Source of the DNA: Shigella phage KNP5
Direction: 5' to 3' (one strand)
Sequence record: KX452698
DNA length: 64,000 nucleotides
Position 1 is the stretch's first letter; each line of letters opens with the position of its first letter. The notes under the pieces are model-generated. The model did not search any database. It had not been told where the DNA came from and worked only from the letters and a program-made list of their open reading frames with translations. Of this stretch, positions 47,522 through 57,694 are shown piece after piece. Both the position numbers and the translations under genes were made by a program.

Positions 47522-48022
47522 TTATCTCATTTCAATAAAATCTATAAGTTCAGCATGGGATTTACGGAACATTACTTGATGTCCGCCAATGATAACTTGG
47601 TCATCTGGCACTTCGTATACAGCAAGATAAAATCCTTTAGAAGATAATTCTTCACGCTCTTCTCGTGTGAACCATCTCATCATATCATATTCACTAGCGA
47701 AAGCAAAATGATAAAGAGCTATAAACCATCCTGGAATATAGTGATCTACGCCTACATAATCTTTCTTGAACTTAGTATTAATTACTGTATTAGCGTTTTT
47801 AACTAATAGTTTATCTTCGTGTGGTAAAGGAATTCTTTTATTATTATCGCTATGATGCATAAAATTAGGTCTGTCATAACCTACGTGTAATAACCACTCT
47901 TCGCTCCATGAATCTATTATACTCCTGTATGGCGTTATTTGAACACAAAGATTTCGACGTATTGTTATAGCATCTTCATAATTAAGAATACTAAAAGATG
48001 ATTCAACACGATAAATTTTCAT
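47522..48022 (-). CDS. hypothetical protein, about 166 aa (start trimmed)
   Basis: Track start 48061 lies inside promoter -10; internal ATG with GAGGA SD. Confidence 0.5.
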   Translation of the reverse strand: MKIYRVESSFSILNYEDAITIRRNLCVQITPYRSIIDSWSEEWLLHVGYDRPNFMHHSDNNKRIPLPHEDKLLVKNANTVINTKFKKDYVGVDHYIPGWFIALYHFAFASEYDMMRWFTREEREELSSKGFYLAVYEVPDDQVIIGGHQVMFRKSHAELIDFIEMR

Positions 48023-48046
48023 TTTATTATCCTCAGTAGCTATGGT

Positions 48047-48079
48047 GTTATAATACCACAACTAACCGAGGAAGTAAAC
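48047..48079 (-). promoter_or_regulatory. T4-type early promoter
   Basis: Minus-strand GTTTAC, spacer, TGTGGTATTATAAC. Confidence 0.55.
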
Positions 48080-48085
48080 AACTTT

Positions 48086-48769
48086 TTATCGTTTTGTTGG
48101 AAGAGAAAGAGGATCGCACTCTTCCTCTGACGGAGCATCTTCAAGACCCATAGCATATCGCAAAGCATACTTCATCATCAGGATGTCTTTCGCACAGTCA
48201 TGAATAGAATCATGTGCAACGAATCCATCTAAAGTTCCCTTTGGAAGAGGACATGTAGTCATATCACGAACAAGCAGAAGTGCTTCAATTCTTGTACGGA
48301 TATCACGCTGATTCCAGAATTTACATGGTTCTAACTTAAATGTATCAAGCTCATTCTCGGAAACGCCGTTAAGACGCTGAATATCACGAATGAGATCAAC
48401 TAAAATTGGAAAATCAAACGACATTCCACGGCACCAGCCTTGAGATTTCCAAGGATCGATGTTATGTGCATTGATGTAATCATTAAATTTTGCAATACCA
48501 TCGATAGTGCTTACATCTTCATCTGATGGTGCAATATTTTTTCGAGCTTCAGGAGACTGATTTTTCCACCATTCGATAGTGCTTTTAGTAAAAAGACGAT
48601 GTCCTTTTTGGCTTTTTAAATCAAATTTGATTTTAATGCCGCGTGAAACTAATTCATCAAACGTTTCAACTACTTCTGGATTAGGGTCAAAGGCAATGAC
48701 AGCCAAATCAATAACAGCTGCCTTTTCACCGCTTCCCATTGTTTCAAAATCTATAATAAAATCAAACAT
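48086..48769 (-). CDS. dexA: exonuclease A (DEDDh 3'-5' exonuclease)
   Basis: 227 aa; N-terminal IDFETMG exo motif; T4 DexA size and position next to dda. Confidence 0.85.
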   Translation of the reverse strand: MFDFIIDFETMGSGEKAAVIDLAVIAFDPNPEVVETFDELVSRGIKIKFDLKSQKGHRLFTKSTIEWWKNQSPEARKNIAPSDEDVSTIDGIAKFNDYINAHNIDPWKSQGWCRGMSFDFPILVDLIRDIQRLNGVSENELDTFKLEPCKFWNQRDIRTRIEALLLVRDMTTCPLPKGTLDGFVAHDSIHDCAKDILMMKYALRYAMGLEDAPSEEECDPLSLPTKR

Positions 48770-49044
48770 TAAATTTTCCTCGCTAAATCGCGAATTTGAC
48801 CTACAGTATAATCTTGGATATAAACTTTATTAATGGGCTCATCAATAAATTTTGCCATAGATTCAATATCTTTTTGTATCTCTTCAAGACTGTATACTAT
48901 CTTTAAAGCTTTTTCGCGAATAGTAACATTATCAGGTCCTGAATTTTCTTGAATGACAGCTTTAACATTTGCCATAAGAGACTTAAACTGATGCAAACTT
49001 AATTCAATCATTAATAACCGCCTTATAAAGATGGCTAATTTCAC
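48769..49044 (-). CDS. hypothetical protein, 91 aa
   Basis: ORF track. Confidence 0.45.
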   Translation of the reverse strand: MKLAIFIRRLLMIELSLHQFKSLMANVKAVIQENSGPDNVTIREKALKIVYSLEEIQKDIESMAKFIDEPINKVYIQDYTVGQIRDLARKI

Positions 49045-49264
49045 CTAAAACATAATCACTGATTGTAACAGTTTTCACTTCACCGCAAAAGAATTCTAAC
49101 GCAATCAAATCTCGTTCAATTTCTTCCAATTGAAGCATTAACTTGCCTGATTCAATTTTCACGTTTTTGCGATTTTTACTATAAGCTATTTCATAAATTT
49201 CGCTCACTTTATCTTGAAGTAGATAAAACTGGTCTTTAGTTATTTCCACGAATAGCTTCCTCAA
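49004..49264 (-). CDS. hypothetical protein, 86 aa
   Basis: ORF track. Confidence 0.45.
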   Translation of the reverse strand: MRKLFVEITKDQFYLLQDKVSEIYEIAYSKNRKNVKIESGKLMLQLEEIERDLIALEFFCGEVKTVTISDYVLGEISHLYKAVIND

Positions 49265-49496
49265 ATTTAATCAGCAGCTTACAGACACTTTCATCTAACG
49301 TAATTACCGTCTCTGTATTACTGTGATATGATTGTTTTTCAATTCGTTTAATTGCTAGTATAGTATCACTTATAAGATTAAGCTTATAAAGGAGCTCAGC
49401 TCCTGTTACCATAACACTGAGGTTATCTTGCTTATCAGTGTGCTTCTTTATACTATCTATTAGACGATTTAAATATTTTGAATTGATGTTAATCAT
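49236..49496 (-). CDS. hypothetical protein, 86 aa
   Basis: ORF track. Confidence 0.45.
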   Translation of the reverse strand: MININSKYLNRLIDSIKKHTDKQDNLSVMVTGAELLYKLNLISDTILAIKRIEKQSYHSNTETVITLDESVCKLLIKFEEAIRGNN

Positions 49497-49502
49497 ATAT
49501 CC

Positions 49503-50822
49503 TCACACATAAAACACATCATAACGACCACGAGTGACACCAACATAAAGAAGCTGCTGAGCTAGTTCAGCATCTGCATAATGAATACAAGGCGTATAGA
49601 TGAAAGCACGGTCTACAGACATGCCCTGAGCTTTATGGAATGTTGATGCAGGAAGTGCTTTCACTTTACTAAACTGTGATTTAGCATCCCAAAAATCACT
49701 CCACGGAGCTTTTCCACCTTTATTCCAATTTTTATACGTTTCTGCCGTTTTACCTAAAAATAAGTTAAACTTATACAGCTCTTCATCAGATGAAATTATT
49801 TTAATCTTTTCACGATAATATTCATCATCGCCGTAAGTTTCTACCGTTAAATCCCAATGACGAATTAGATATTCTCCAGAAACACCACGAGCTTTAACAA
49901 ATGTTGATGTATACTCTGCTTCTATAATACGAACTAATTGTCCGTTATTAAAAATAATTTCTGACACAGGCTTTCCATCAATTTTATATGTTTTAATTAA
50001 TGGTTCCTGCATTACAATAATTTCGCCAACGATAAAATCTTTATCAGTTTCAAAAATCTTTTTGCGAATAATGTTATTTAACTTATCAACAGATTTATTC
50101 GTAAATGCCATGACGCGATTTTCAAACAAATCATCTAGTGATTTTACGATTGAAAAATAATTTACCATAAAATCGCGTAAAGCGGCATCACCGGTAAATC
50201 CACGTACTCCATGCCCGTCAACAACTTTATCATAAATCCACTTACCGTTGCGAACATCAGTAGCTACATCAATAATAGGAGCATTACTGCGTTTAACTTC
50301 AGTGAGTTCACACTGATAAAAATCTTTATGTGTAAAGAACGGACTGATATAAGCGGTGTTTTCTCCTGGGTCAACAGGTCTAATTTGCTTATTATCGCCT
50401 ATTCCAATTATAGTACACCACGGCGGGATAGTTGAAAGTAGAATTTTGAATAGCTTTCTATCATACATTGACACTTCGTCGCAGATTAATACTCTGCATT
50501 TAGCTAAATCCGGTACTTCTTTTTGTTCAAAAAGAACGTTTTCTTCATATGTTACTGGGTTAATTTTGAGAATACTGTGAATAGTACTCGCTTCTTTCCC
50601 TGACAGTTTTGAAAGAATCTTTTTAGCTGCATGAGTAGGAGCTGCTAAAATAATGCCAGTTTCGCCTGTAGATATTAAGGCTTCAATGATGAACTTAGTA
50701 AGAGTAGTCTTACCAGTACCAGCAGGTCCATTAATAGTTACATGATGTTTCTTTTCTTTAATAGCCCTCATAACGATGTTAAAGGCATTTTTCTGGCCTT
50801 CGGTCAAATCATCAAATGTCAT
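49503..50822 (-). CDS. dda: Dda DNA helicase (SF1B)
   Basis: 439 aa; Walker A GPAGTGKTT; matches T4 Dda size. Confidence 0.92.
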   Translation of the reverse strand: MTFDDLTEGQKNAFNIVMRAIKEKKHHVTINGPAGTGKTTLTKFIIEALISTGETGIILAAPTHAAKKILSKLSGKEASTIHSILKINPVTYEENVLFEQKEVPDLAKCRVLICDEVSMYDRKLFKILLSTIPPWCTIIGIGDNKQIRPVDPGENTAYISPFFTHKDFYQCELTEVKRSNAPIIDVATDVRNGKWIYDKVVDGHGVRGFTGDAALRDFMVNYFSIVKSLDDLFENRVMAFTNKSVDKLNNIIRKKIFETDKDFIVGEIIVMQEPLIKTYKIDGKPVSEIIFNNGQLVRIIEAEYTSTFVKARGVSGEYLIRHWDLTVETYGDDEYYREKIKIISSDEELYKFNLFLGKTAETYKNWNKGGKAPWSDFWDAKSQFSKVKALPASTFHKAQGMSVDRAFIYTPCIHYADAELAQQLLYVGVTRGRYDVFYV

Positions 50823-51130
50823 CGTAAATTCCCTGCAATTGGTATACTAACAATACGCCCAGTATCTAAAATTCGCCGATATAATCTTTGTGTGTCTATA
50901 TCAGGCTTAACATGTTTAACTTCTATTTTATTAAACCAAAACTTGCGTGGAGTTTCAACTAATCTAGGAATTCCCATACCTAAAGCTAGTAGATACTGCT
51001 CTTTAAGAGTTGTAAAAACTTTATCAGCAATCTCCCTTTCAAAAAATACAGCAGGACGATGTTCATCAAGAGGAACAGGCACTGCAAATCCATCTTTGTC
51101 TCTATACACTATCGCATATACATAAAACAT
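50819..51130 (-). CDS. hypothetical protein, 103 aa (dda.1-like)
   Basis: ORF track; overlapping stop/start with dda. Confidence 0.5.
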   Translation of the reverse strand: MFYVYAIVYRDKDGFAVPVPLDEHRPAVFFEREIADKVFTTLKEQYLLALGMGIPRLVETPRKFWFNKIEVKHVKPDIDTQRLYRRILDTGRIVSIPIAGNLR

Positions 51131-51131
51131 A

Positions 51132-51878
51132 TTATCCTCGGATAAGTTTAAAAATTGAACAATTTAGCGGGTATCCTCTTTTCAGTTTAAGTTTATCAAT
51201 AAAAGACAAGTTTTGATACCGCTCTACACCTTGAATAATTTTATCACACATATCATATTGCATTTCTGCTTCTGACAACTTTTTCACAGTTTTCCAATCA
51301 GAGCCTTTAAGAAGAACGTTCAATTTAACAACTTCAGTGCCTTCTGCTATACGAGAACCATCAATACGAGCTTTGAGTGCTACAATCGTTAGCTTAATAT
51401 CAGAGGTTTGTTTTGATTTAGAAAGCTGAGAAATGTGCTCAATTCGGTTTTCACGTTTTTTCTGTATAGCTTTAATTTGATTATAAGTCTTTTTGATTTT
51501 AGCCCATTTCTTTTCATTTAAATTTAGTTTATGAACTTTTTTCGCAGATGAACGACCAATTCGCAAAGCAAATAAATCACGCTTTTCAATCAACTCTTCT
51601 AAAGTATAATCAGAACGAAATGTATTGTACTTTTTCTTTACTGCAATAACATTCCCTTTAATGTATCCAACGTTATTATCAAAACGTTCTAATGATAATT
51701 TCTCTCCTTCAATACGATTATCAAAAGGTTCTCCCGAGTAAGCGCAAACTTTCTGATCTAAAATGTTCTTAATATAATTGAAGTCTAAGTTAAAATCTTT
51801 AGAACGTCTTTTAGCGGATGCCTGAGTGTGCTCTAGACGACGTGTAATTTTACGAATTTGATTTTTAGACAGTTTCAT
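51132..51878 (-). CDS. basic protein at the srd locus, 248 aa (possible Srd homolog)
   Basis: Position between dda and modA and size fit T4 srd; sequence not recalled; lysine-rich. Confidence 0.45.
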   Translation of the reverse strand: MKLSKNQIRKITRRLEHTQASAKRRSKDFNLDFNYIKNILDQKVCAYSGEPFDNRIEGEKLSLERFDNNVGYIKGNVIAVKKKYNTFRSDYTLEELIEKRDLFALRIGRSSAKKVHKLNLNEKKWAKIKKTYNQIKAIQKKRENRIEHISQLSKSKQTSDIKLTIVALKARIDGSRIAEGTEVVKLNVLLKGSDWKTVKKLSEAEMQYDMCDKIIQGVERYQNLSFIDKLKLKRGYPLNCSIFKLIRG

Positions 51879-51903
51879 ATTTTTCTCACAGACGGGTTAA
51901 CTA

Positions 51904-51938
51904 CTTATATTATAACATTTTCACTTCAGCTTGTAAAC
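51904..51938 (-). promoter_or_regulatory. T4-type early promoter upstream of srd-locus gene
   Basis: Minus-strand GTTTAC and TGTTATAAT. Confidence 0.5.
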
Positions 51939-51993
51939 AACTTTATGAAAATGCTTTAAAACTTTCATGGTATAATGAATCTAAGTCCTTCCA

Positions 51994-52596
51994 TTATAGA
52001 TTAAATCCTTCAAAATCAAGAGTATAGATAGTGTATGTTGAATACTTTTTATACTCATATCTATCCGCAATTCTAAATACACTTCCAGCAGGTATCATTA
52101 CTTCTTGTTCATCTGAAACTAATTCCATATTACGATAGCGATGGCTATCCGGAAATTTAAAACTCGGGCTATATTCTTTACAACGTAAAGCTTTTATAGC
52201 ATACTCCTGGAAATTAAACACCATAGGAGCTTTGAATTCAAAAATAACTTGCGTGTTGTATTCTAATCCAGAAGCAAAATGTAGAGCTATATTTTTATCA
52301 TATGAAGCTGATACTACTTTATCAAATGTAATAATATCAATTCCTTGATTTAACACCTGCTTAGTCTCAACTGGAACACCTCTCCAAAGAGGTTTATCGT
52401 TTGGAACCAAACGAGATTTGATTATTTCATTTAACCAAGAATGATCGTCTGGCTTATTAGTAATACAATGAATTAAAAGTTCAATTTCGGATAAATTAAA
52501 TCCTTCAGAAAGTAATTCTTCACGAATAGAAGCACGCACCGATGCATCCATTGATTTGATTTTAAAATCTTTTAATTGCATTGCTGAATATTTCAT
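51994..52596 (-). CDS. modA: ADP-ribosyltransferase ModA
   Basis: 200 aa; R...S-T-S...Q/E-x-E ART-like pattern; tandem with paralog. Confidence 0.8.
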   Translation of the reverse strand: MKYSAMQLKDFKIKSMDASVRASIREELLSEGFNLSEIELLIHCITNKPDDHSWLNEIIKSRLVPNDKPLWRGVPVETKQVLNQGIDIITFDKVVSASYDKNIALHFASGLEYNTQVIFEFKAPMVFNFQEYAIKALRCKEYSPSFKFPDSHRYRNMELVSDEQEVMIPAGSVFRIADRYEYKKYSTYTIYTLDFEGFNL

Positions 52597-53228
52597 TCAA
52601 CTACCTCAATATCATACACTTTAAATGTTCCAAATGAATCGTGTAATTTTTCTTTTGAAATAGAAGTTATTTTATACTTTCCAATTGGAATCATCCATTC
52701 TTGTTCACGTACAATCATCATTAAGTTATCAGTACGTTCTGAATCTAATCCATCAGTATCTTCATATGTATACTTAAACTCAGTATTAGGAGAAGAAAGT
52801 ATAATATCGCTGATATGGTCAGAATAATTAAAAGCTTTATCAGTTTTTAAGCGAAATATTATTTCAGTGGAATATTCAACATAAGAAAAACCACATGCTG
52901 TATGCAAACTAGTAGTAAATGAATCTACTCTGTTCGTTGAAAACACTTCTCCGACTTGTAAATCTTTAATGAGTTCTTTTGTCGATTTTGATATACCACG
53001 ATATAGCTGATAAGGCGATTTAGTTAAATGCTTTTTAACGATTTTATTCAACTGCTGATGAAGAGCTTCATTCTTTTTGGCTTCCATACATTGCCAAAGA
53101 ACTGACTGTTCAAAGTCAGTAAATTTTTCACAGACCTTTTTATACATATCATATTGAAAATCAACACTTTCAGCTTTTATAGATAACTGTTCAACATCTG
53201 CAAGATTAATAATCATGATAGCCTCCAT
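52593..53228 (-). CDS. modB: ADP-ribosyltransferase ModB
   Basis: 211 aa; paralog of ModA with REQEWMIP motif. Confidence 0.8.
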   Translation of the reverse strand: MEAIMIINLADVEQLSIKAESVDFQYDMYKKVCEKFTDFEQSVLWQCMEAKKNEALHQQLNKIVKKHLTKSPYQLYRGISKSTKELIKDLQVGEVFSTNRVDSFTTSLHTACGFSYVEYSTEIIFRLKTDKAFNYSDHISDIILSSPNTEFKYTYEDTDGLDSERTDNLMMIVREQEWMIPIGKYKITSISKEKLHDSFGTFKVYDIEVVE

Positions 53229-53283
53229 ATACTTCAGAAGCTATCATATCATTGTTAGGAAGGAAAGTAAACAACTTTTTGAA

Positions 53284-53466
53284 TTATTTTGCCCAGGGAG
53301 CCCAAGGCGGAGGGTCAAGATGGTATGAAGCTAGTTCTTCTAGAAGAGCATCTGGGGCTTCAATTCCATAATTCTGTAATACTATACGGTACTCTTTCTT
53401 ATAATCACTAGAATCATTCTGGTTATTTGTAGAATGATTATCTTCTAACATCTCAAATAAATCCAT
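53284..53466 (-). CDS. hypothetical protein, 60 aa
   Basis: ORF track. Confidence 0.4.
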   Translation of the reverse strand: MDLFEMLEDNHSTNNQNDSSDYKKEYRIVLQNYGIEAPDALLEELASYHLDPPPWAPWAK

Positions 53467-53474
53467 ATTAATTC

Positions 53475-53945
53475 CTAGCGATAAAAACCAAAATGACGAT
53501 TAGCTTCAATAATCTTTCTTTCTTCTTCGGACATTCTCCAGCGTAGTCCAACATCAAAATGAGCCCAGACCATCTTAACAAATGCATTTATATCTTTAAT
53601 ATCTTCAATAATGAATGTTTTACTTTTATAAGGTTGACTAGCTAATTTAACTTTATCGTCTTCAAACAGGTCAAAAAGACCATATTCATGAGCTCTTTTA
53701 TAGCCTTTAATAGTTAAAGCTTCAGAAGAAGAAAACGGTGAATCAGTATTCTGTAAAATATCTTCAGTATGCTTTATAATTAGAATAACATTTTCTGGAT
53801 ATTTTCTTTCTTTTATATCTTTAATTAAAAAATCCGGATTTTCTGCTAAAGGAATAATTAATGAGCAATTTTTATTAAGTGTATTTACTGATTTACCTTC
53901 TTTAGACATAAATTCTATTGAATATCGTTTTGCTACTTCAATCAT
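53475..53945 (-). CDS. hypothetical protein, 156 aa
   Basis: ORF track. Confidence 0.5.
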   Translation of the reverse strand: MIEVAKRYSIEFMSKEGKSVNTLNKNCSLIIPLAENPDFLIKDIKERKYPENVILIIKHTEDILQNTDSPFSSSEALTIKGYKRAHEYGLFDLFEDDKVKLASQPYKSKTFIIEDIKDINAFVKMVWAHFDVGLRWRMSEEERKIIEANRHFGFYR

Positions 53946-54098
53946 GTGATTTCCTTTTGCCTACTAATGGACCGTCAGGAATTTTGTTTTCCTGGATATA
54001 TTTCTCATTTTCTTCCATCATTTTACTGCCAATTTTAAGAAGCAAATCCAGTGCTTCGTTTGCTTTAGCTTTAGCCTCTTCTAATGCCATATCTCTGT

Positions 54099-54302
54099 TC
54101 ACGATTTATCCCCATAGATGTCTCTCATCAATTTAAGCGCTGAGCGTTCTAATTTCTTTTCTTTCTCAGCACTAATCATTGATTTCATCCATTCTTCTGA
54201 TTCGTTCTGCATTTCTTTATTTGCTTGTTCAACCCAACCATCGTCAATATACATTGAGTTTGGTCTATTGAACCATTCAAGCATTTTCTTCAGAACTTTC
54301 AT
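54099..54302 (-). CDS. hypothetical protein, 67 aa
   Basis: ORF track. Confidence 0.45.
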   Translation of the reverse strand: MKVLKKMLEWFNRPNSMYIDDGWVEQANKEMQNESEEWMKSMISAEKEKKLERSALKLMRDIYGDKS

Positions 54303-54774
54303 TTGTTTTACCTAAAACAACAGTAGGAGCATCATCAAATTCATGAATTTTTAGCAAATTTGGATGTAAACTATTCCACACAGAAGAAATAAAGTATGAT
54401 AAAGCATCTTCACTCGCAATTATAAATTTATTTCCTTTATCTATTTTCCAACTATATACTGAATCATACGAATAGAAAGATAAAGGATTATCATTATATT
54501 GTTCTGCGCTAACATTAATGTATTCTGATTTAGTAAATGCTTCAATTGCTCTAAATGGAATATTTGGTACAGTTTCAATAATACCAATCTTTTTAAGTTT
54601 TATTTCAGCATCTTCTGGAACTGGCATTGAAACGAAATTTTCTACGAGATACATTGGGTCACAATAACCCTTATCAATCATTACTGCTACGGTAATTGGA
54701 ACGTCTTTAGCAAACGACAAACTATTACTGCTAATATACATTTCAAACAAAATCGCTTCCATAATTTTCCTCAA
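54277..54774 (-). CDS. hypothetical protein, 165 aa
   Basis: ORF track. Confidence 0.5.
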   Translation of the reverse strand: MRKIMEAILFEMYISSNSLSFAKDVPITVAVMIDKGYCDPMYLVENFVSMPVPEDAEIKLKKIGIIETVPNIPFRAIEAFTKSEYINVSAEQYNDNPLSFYSYDSVYSWKIDKGNKFIIASEDALSYFISSVWNSLHPNLLKIHEFDDAPTVVLGKTNESSEENA

Positions 54775-55109
54775 TCACAAGATGTAGATGAACAACTAGA
54801 ATCACAAGAACTTCCACATGAATCGCCCGTCCATACATGAACAGGAACATTAGTATCATATGAATCAGAACTAGACTGTGTATTCTGCGTATTAGATGAT
54901 GTAGGTGTTGACCAGCGCCAAGGATTTTTATAATATTCCTGGGCTTCTTCATAAGTCATAGTAACTGCTTCTACTGTTCCATCTCCCATATAAACATATT
55001 CAACTACAGTTAAAGGGAGGTAGTCATTTGAAATAGGAACTACACCTTCTCCGGGAGTTGTAGAGAAAAAATCCGTAAAGAAACTTTTAAACCAATTAAA
55101 GATAAACAT
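54771..55109 (-). CDS. hypothetical protein with Cys/Ser-rich C-terminal tail, 112 aa
   Basis: ORF track; C-terminus [18 protein letters not shown]. Confidence 0.5.
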   Translation of the reverse strand: MFIFNWFKSFFTDFFSTTPGEGVVPISNDYLPLTVVEYVYMGDGTVEAVTMTYEEAQEYYKNPWRWSTPTSSNTQNTQSSSDSYDTNVPVHVWTGDSCGSSCDSSCSSTSCD

Positions 55110-55321
55110 TACAAAAAGCCTCTTTGAAATTCGACTCTTTGAAATCCACCCCAGTCAGTGTATCGCATTTCAGCATTGAACTCGACTGAACCATCTGCAT
55201 GCATCATGAATGAATGCGTGACGATATCACAATCCCAGCTTTTCATACCCCATTTATCAGAGATAGCTTTATCAAGAACCTTCTGGAGGTCTTCATTTGG
55301 TTTAATCCAACGATTTAACAT
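55109..55321 (-). CDS. hypothetical protein, 70 aa
   Basis: ORF track; early promoter with TGGTATAAT upstream. Confidence 0.5.
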   Translation of the reverse strand: MLNRWIKPNEDLQKVLDKAISDKWGMKSWDCDIVTHSFMMHADGSVEFNAEMRYTDWGGFQRVEFQRGFL

Positions 55322-55345
55322 AGTGCTCTCCTTTATAAGATAATT

Positions 55346-55377
55346 CTATTATACCATACTTGTTTTGGAAAGTAAAC
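55346..55377 (-). promoter_or_regulatory. T4-type early promoter downstream of soc terminator
   Basis: Minus-strand GTTTAC, spacer, TGGTATAAT. Confidence 0.6.
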
Positions 55378-55387
55378 CGGTAAAATG

Positions 55388-55413
55388 AAAAAAAGGACTC
55401 CCGAAGGAGTCCT
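55388..55413 (-). terminator. rho-independent terminator after soc
   Basis: AGGACTCC-TTCG-GGAGTCCT followed by TTTTTTTCATTTT on minus strand; same hairpin sequence as at 2337-2356. Confidence 0.65.
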
Positions 55414-55420
55414 TAAATTA

Positions 55421-55657
55421 TTAACCACCTATTTGTGTAGGCGTAAACATTGCAGCATTCTTAGTTTTCCAATCAGCTGCATCAGAAACTACGGTAGAAT
55501 ATGCTGCCTTTTCAGAAGGAAAGATCTGATAATGAGAATCTGCGATACGATGCTCGTTAGAATAAATTTCAAACGGAACAGAAACTTCCATACCTTTAAC
55601 TTCTTTGCCTTCACCTGCTGGATGAGTAAAGGTCTTGATGTTAACGAAACCACCCAT
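55421..55657 (-). CDS. soc: small outer capsid protein Soc
   Basis: 78 aa; VNIKTF...FPSEKAAYSTV matches T4 Soc as recalled; followed by hairpin terminator. Confidence 0.8.
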   Translation of the reverse strand: MGGFVNIKTFTHPAGEGKEVKGMEVSVPFEIYSNEHRIADSHYQIFPSEKAAYSTVVSDAADWKTKNAAMFTPTQIGG

Positions 55658-55699
55658 AATAAACTCCTTTATTGTTTAATTACAGGTGTATTTATATCA

Positions 55700-56218
55700 T
55701 CAATAACCTCGGTCTTGACGAGCGAAGTTTTCAGCATTTTTCAGATAATAAAGTTTAAAGATTTCTTCAGCAGTAAGACCGAGACCTTGGAACATGTTCA
55801 GAACGAAATGAAGAATATCAATCATTTCGAATTTAATTTCCAACTGGTCTTGTGGAGACAAATCAGTAATTAAAGTTTCACGGCGTTCACCATGCTGTGA
55901 CTTCCAAGGTTTCCATACAGCAGATGCATCTTTTTCACCATTACTCATACCACCAAGAGAAGTCAGTAGTTCGCGGAATTCATCATCAATATAATCTTTC
56001 TGATTACGCAACCAATCAACAACTTCACCTGCAGTAGCCAAATCATCAGGATGACGGTTATATTCAGGTTTATCTTTAGCTAAACGAACCTGTAGAGATT
56101 TCTGCATATCAAGCATAACCTGCAGCGGGTCTTTTTCATCACCGAGAATATCCCAGTATTCATTTTGAGCTTTATCAGCGCCTTCAATCAGTTGTGAACA
56201 TTCATTAAAGTATGCCAT
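55700..56218 (-). CDS. 56: dCTP pyrophosphatase gp56 (MazG-like)
   Basis: Start trimmed to MAYFNECSQLIEG; about 172 aa. Confidence 0.85.
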   Translation of the reverse strand: MAYFNECSQLIEGADKAQNEYWDILGDEKDPLQVMLDMQKSLQVRLAKDKPEYNRHPDDLATAGEVVDWLRNQKDYIDDEFRELLTSLGGMSNGEKDASAVWKPWKSQHGERRETLITDLSPQDQLEIKFEMIDILHFVLNMFQGLGLTAEEIFKLYYLKNAENFARQDRGY

Positions 56219-56289
56219 TATTTTTCCTTTCAATTCATGGGTTAGTAGATTAATTATACAATAAATATATAAAGCAATAAGGAGGACAT

Positions 56290-56490
56290 ATGGTACAAAA
56301 ATTAATGGCACTTGTTAATGCCATAAAAGGTAATAAGAAACGTATAGCTTTTACTATTTCTGCTATGGTAGGAATTTTACTCTGGAATTTTGTTTTATCG
56401 CCAATTGCTATTGCTCATGGCGTTAATATTCCAGTAATTACTCTTGATACATTCGTAGATTTAGCATTTGCTTTAGTTGGGTTAATTTAA
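56290..56490 (+). CDS. small membrane protein, 66 aa, on the opposite strand between 56 and 61
   Basis: ATG with strong SD AAGGAGG; two hydrophobic segments; ends tail-to-tail with gene 61. Confidence 0.45.
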   Translation: MVQKLMALVNAIKGNKKRIAFTISAMVGILLWNFVLSPIAIAHGVNIPVITLDTFVDLAFALVGLI

Positions 56491-57515
56491 ATCTTAGCAT
56501 ATTTAGATAGCCGCATTTTAGCCATCAACCCTTGAGCAATATTATTTTTCATATATTCCATAATTTGTTTAGGGGTTGCACCTTCCTTTCTAATCATATC
56601 ATTAACATCTTTTGATTTCCAGGGGGATTTATCCCAAAACATAACCCTTTCTCCTGCATCAACCAATTTAGTCATTCGTTTAATAGTGTCAGGGTGACGA
56701 GGTTCATTATCTAAAACCCATACACGTCTATCTTTAAATGGAACAATTTCTAGGTCTAATTGACCACCCGTAATAGCTATACCATTTTCAATAAAAAGTG
56801 AATCTATAGGTCCTTCTAGAACATATACATCACCATCTTTGACTCGTTCGACTCCATATATTTTTGTTGCCTCAGGATAAGCTTTGATGGTGATATATTT
56901 TTGAGGAGCATCTTTCTTTAGTGCACGTCCTTGAAAAGACTCAGCTTTTCCGTTAGCATTATAAATTGGAATAACAAGACGAGGCTCAGGTATTTCCTTT
57001 TTATATGTTCCTGGCGCTATACTATTAACTAATTTAGGCCATTCGGTTGTAAACCAAAGATATTTCCATTTATCCTTTGGAATACAACGAGCTTTTACAT
57101 ATTTTATAATTGGATGGTCTTCCGCCAATTTATCTAATCTGATGCATGACGGAAGAGATTTAATTATTTTCTTCTCAGGTTGTTTAGGAAGTTCTTTAGG
57201 TTTTTCTACTGGACGACTTTTACCTTTTTCTTTTCTTATTTCAAAGATATACTCACGATATAAATCAGGTTCAAACTCCTTTAAATATATTCCGATTGGT
57301 GCATGATAGTTGCAGTTATAACAATGAATATTTCCTTCATTATTATCACCATAATACCATCCACGGGCTTTATTTTGGTCGGTTTTTGAATCTCCACAAA
57401 CAGGACATCTAAACCGTAATTTAAAAGTTGAACTATTATTTACTTGTGCAAATTTAGGTAAATGAGCCAATGCACGGTATGCAAACTCATTATCAATCCA
57501 AGGTATTGATGACAT
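56487..57515 (-). CDS. 61: DNA primase gp61
   Basis: 342 aa; N-terminal zinc finger CPVCGD...CYNC; TOPRIM region. Confidence 0.92.
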   Translation of the reverse strand: MSSIPWIDNEFAYRALAHLPKFAQVNNSSTFKLRFRCPVCGDSKTDQNKARGWYYGDNNEGNIHCYNCNYHAPIGIYLKEFEPDLYREYIFEIRKEKGKSRPVEKPKELPKQPEKKIIKSLPSCIRLDKLAEDHPIIKYVKARCIPKDKWKYLWFTTEWPKLVNSIAPGTYKKEIPEPRLVIPIYNANGKAESFQGRALKKDAPQKYITIKAYPEATKIYGVERVKDGDVYVLEGPIDSLFIENGIAITGGQLDLEIVPFKDRRVWVLDNEPRHPDTIKRMTKLVDAGERVMFWDKSPWKSKDVNDMIRKEGATPKQIMEYMKNNIAQGLMAKMRLSKYAKI

Positions 57516-57517
57516 TT

Positions 57518-57682
57518 TTACTCTTCTTTTTCTTTAGATTCCTCTTTTTTCTTTTTAGGAATCTGTTCAGGACCTTTATTTACTACAGCGCCTGACGTTG
57601 TTCCAGTGGAGATATTTTCAGGATTACCACCTGAATCTCCAGCGACCATATCTTCTTTAATAAATTCTTTAAACGTTTTCAT
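57518..57682 (-). CDS. hypothetical protein, 54 aa (61.1-like)
   Basis: Manual translation MKTFKEFIKEDMVAG...; SD GAGG upstream; below track size cutoff. Confidence 0.5.
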   Translation of the reverse strand: MKTFKEFIKEDMVAGDSGGNPENISTGTTSGAVVNKGPEQIPKKKKEESKEKEE

Positions 57683-57694
57683 ATTAGCCTCTAA

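Noticed and set aside
51132-51878. HNH-like motif (CAYSGEP...ERFDNNVGYIKGNV) suggesting a homing endonuclease
   Set aside because: Catalytic histidines are not evident and the gene sits at the srd position with matching size; similarity is too weak to call without a profile search.
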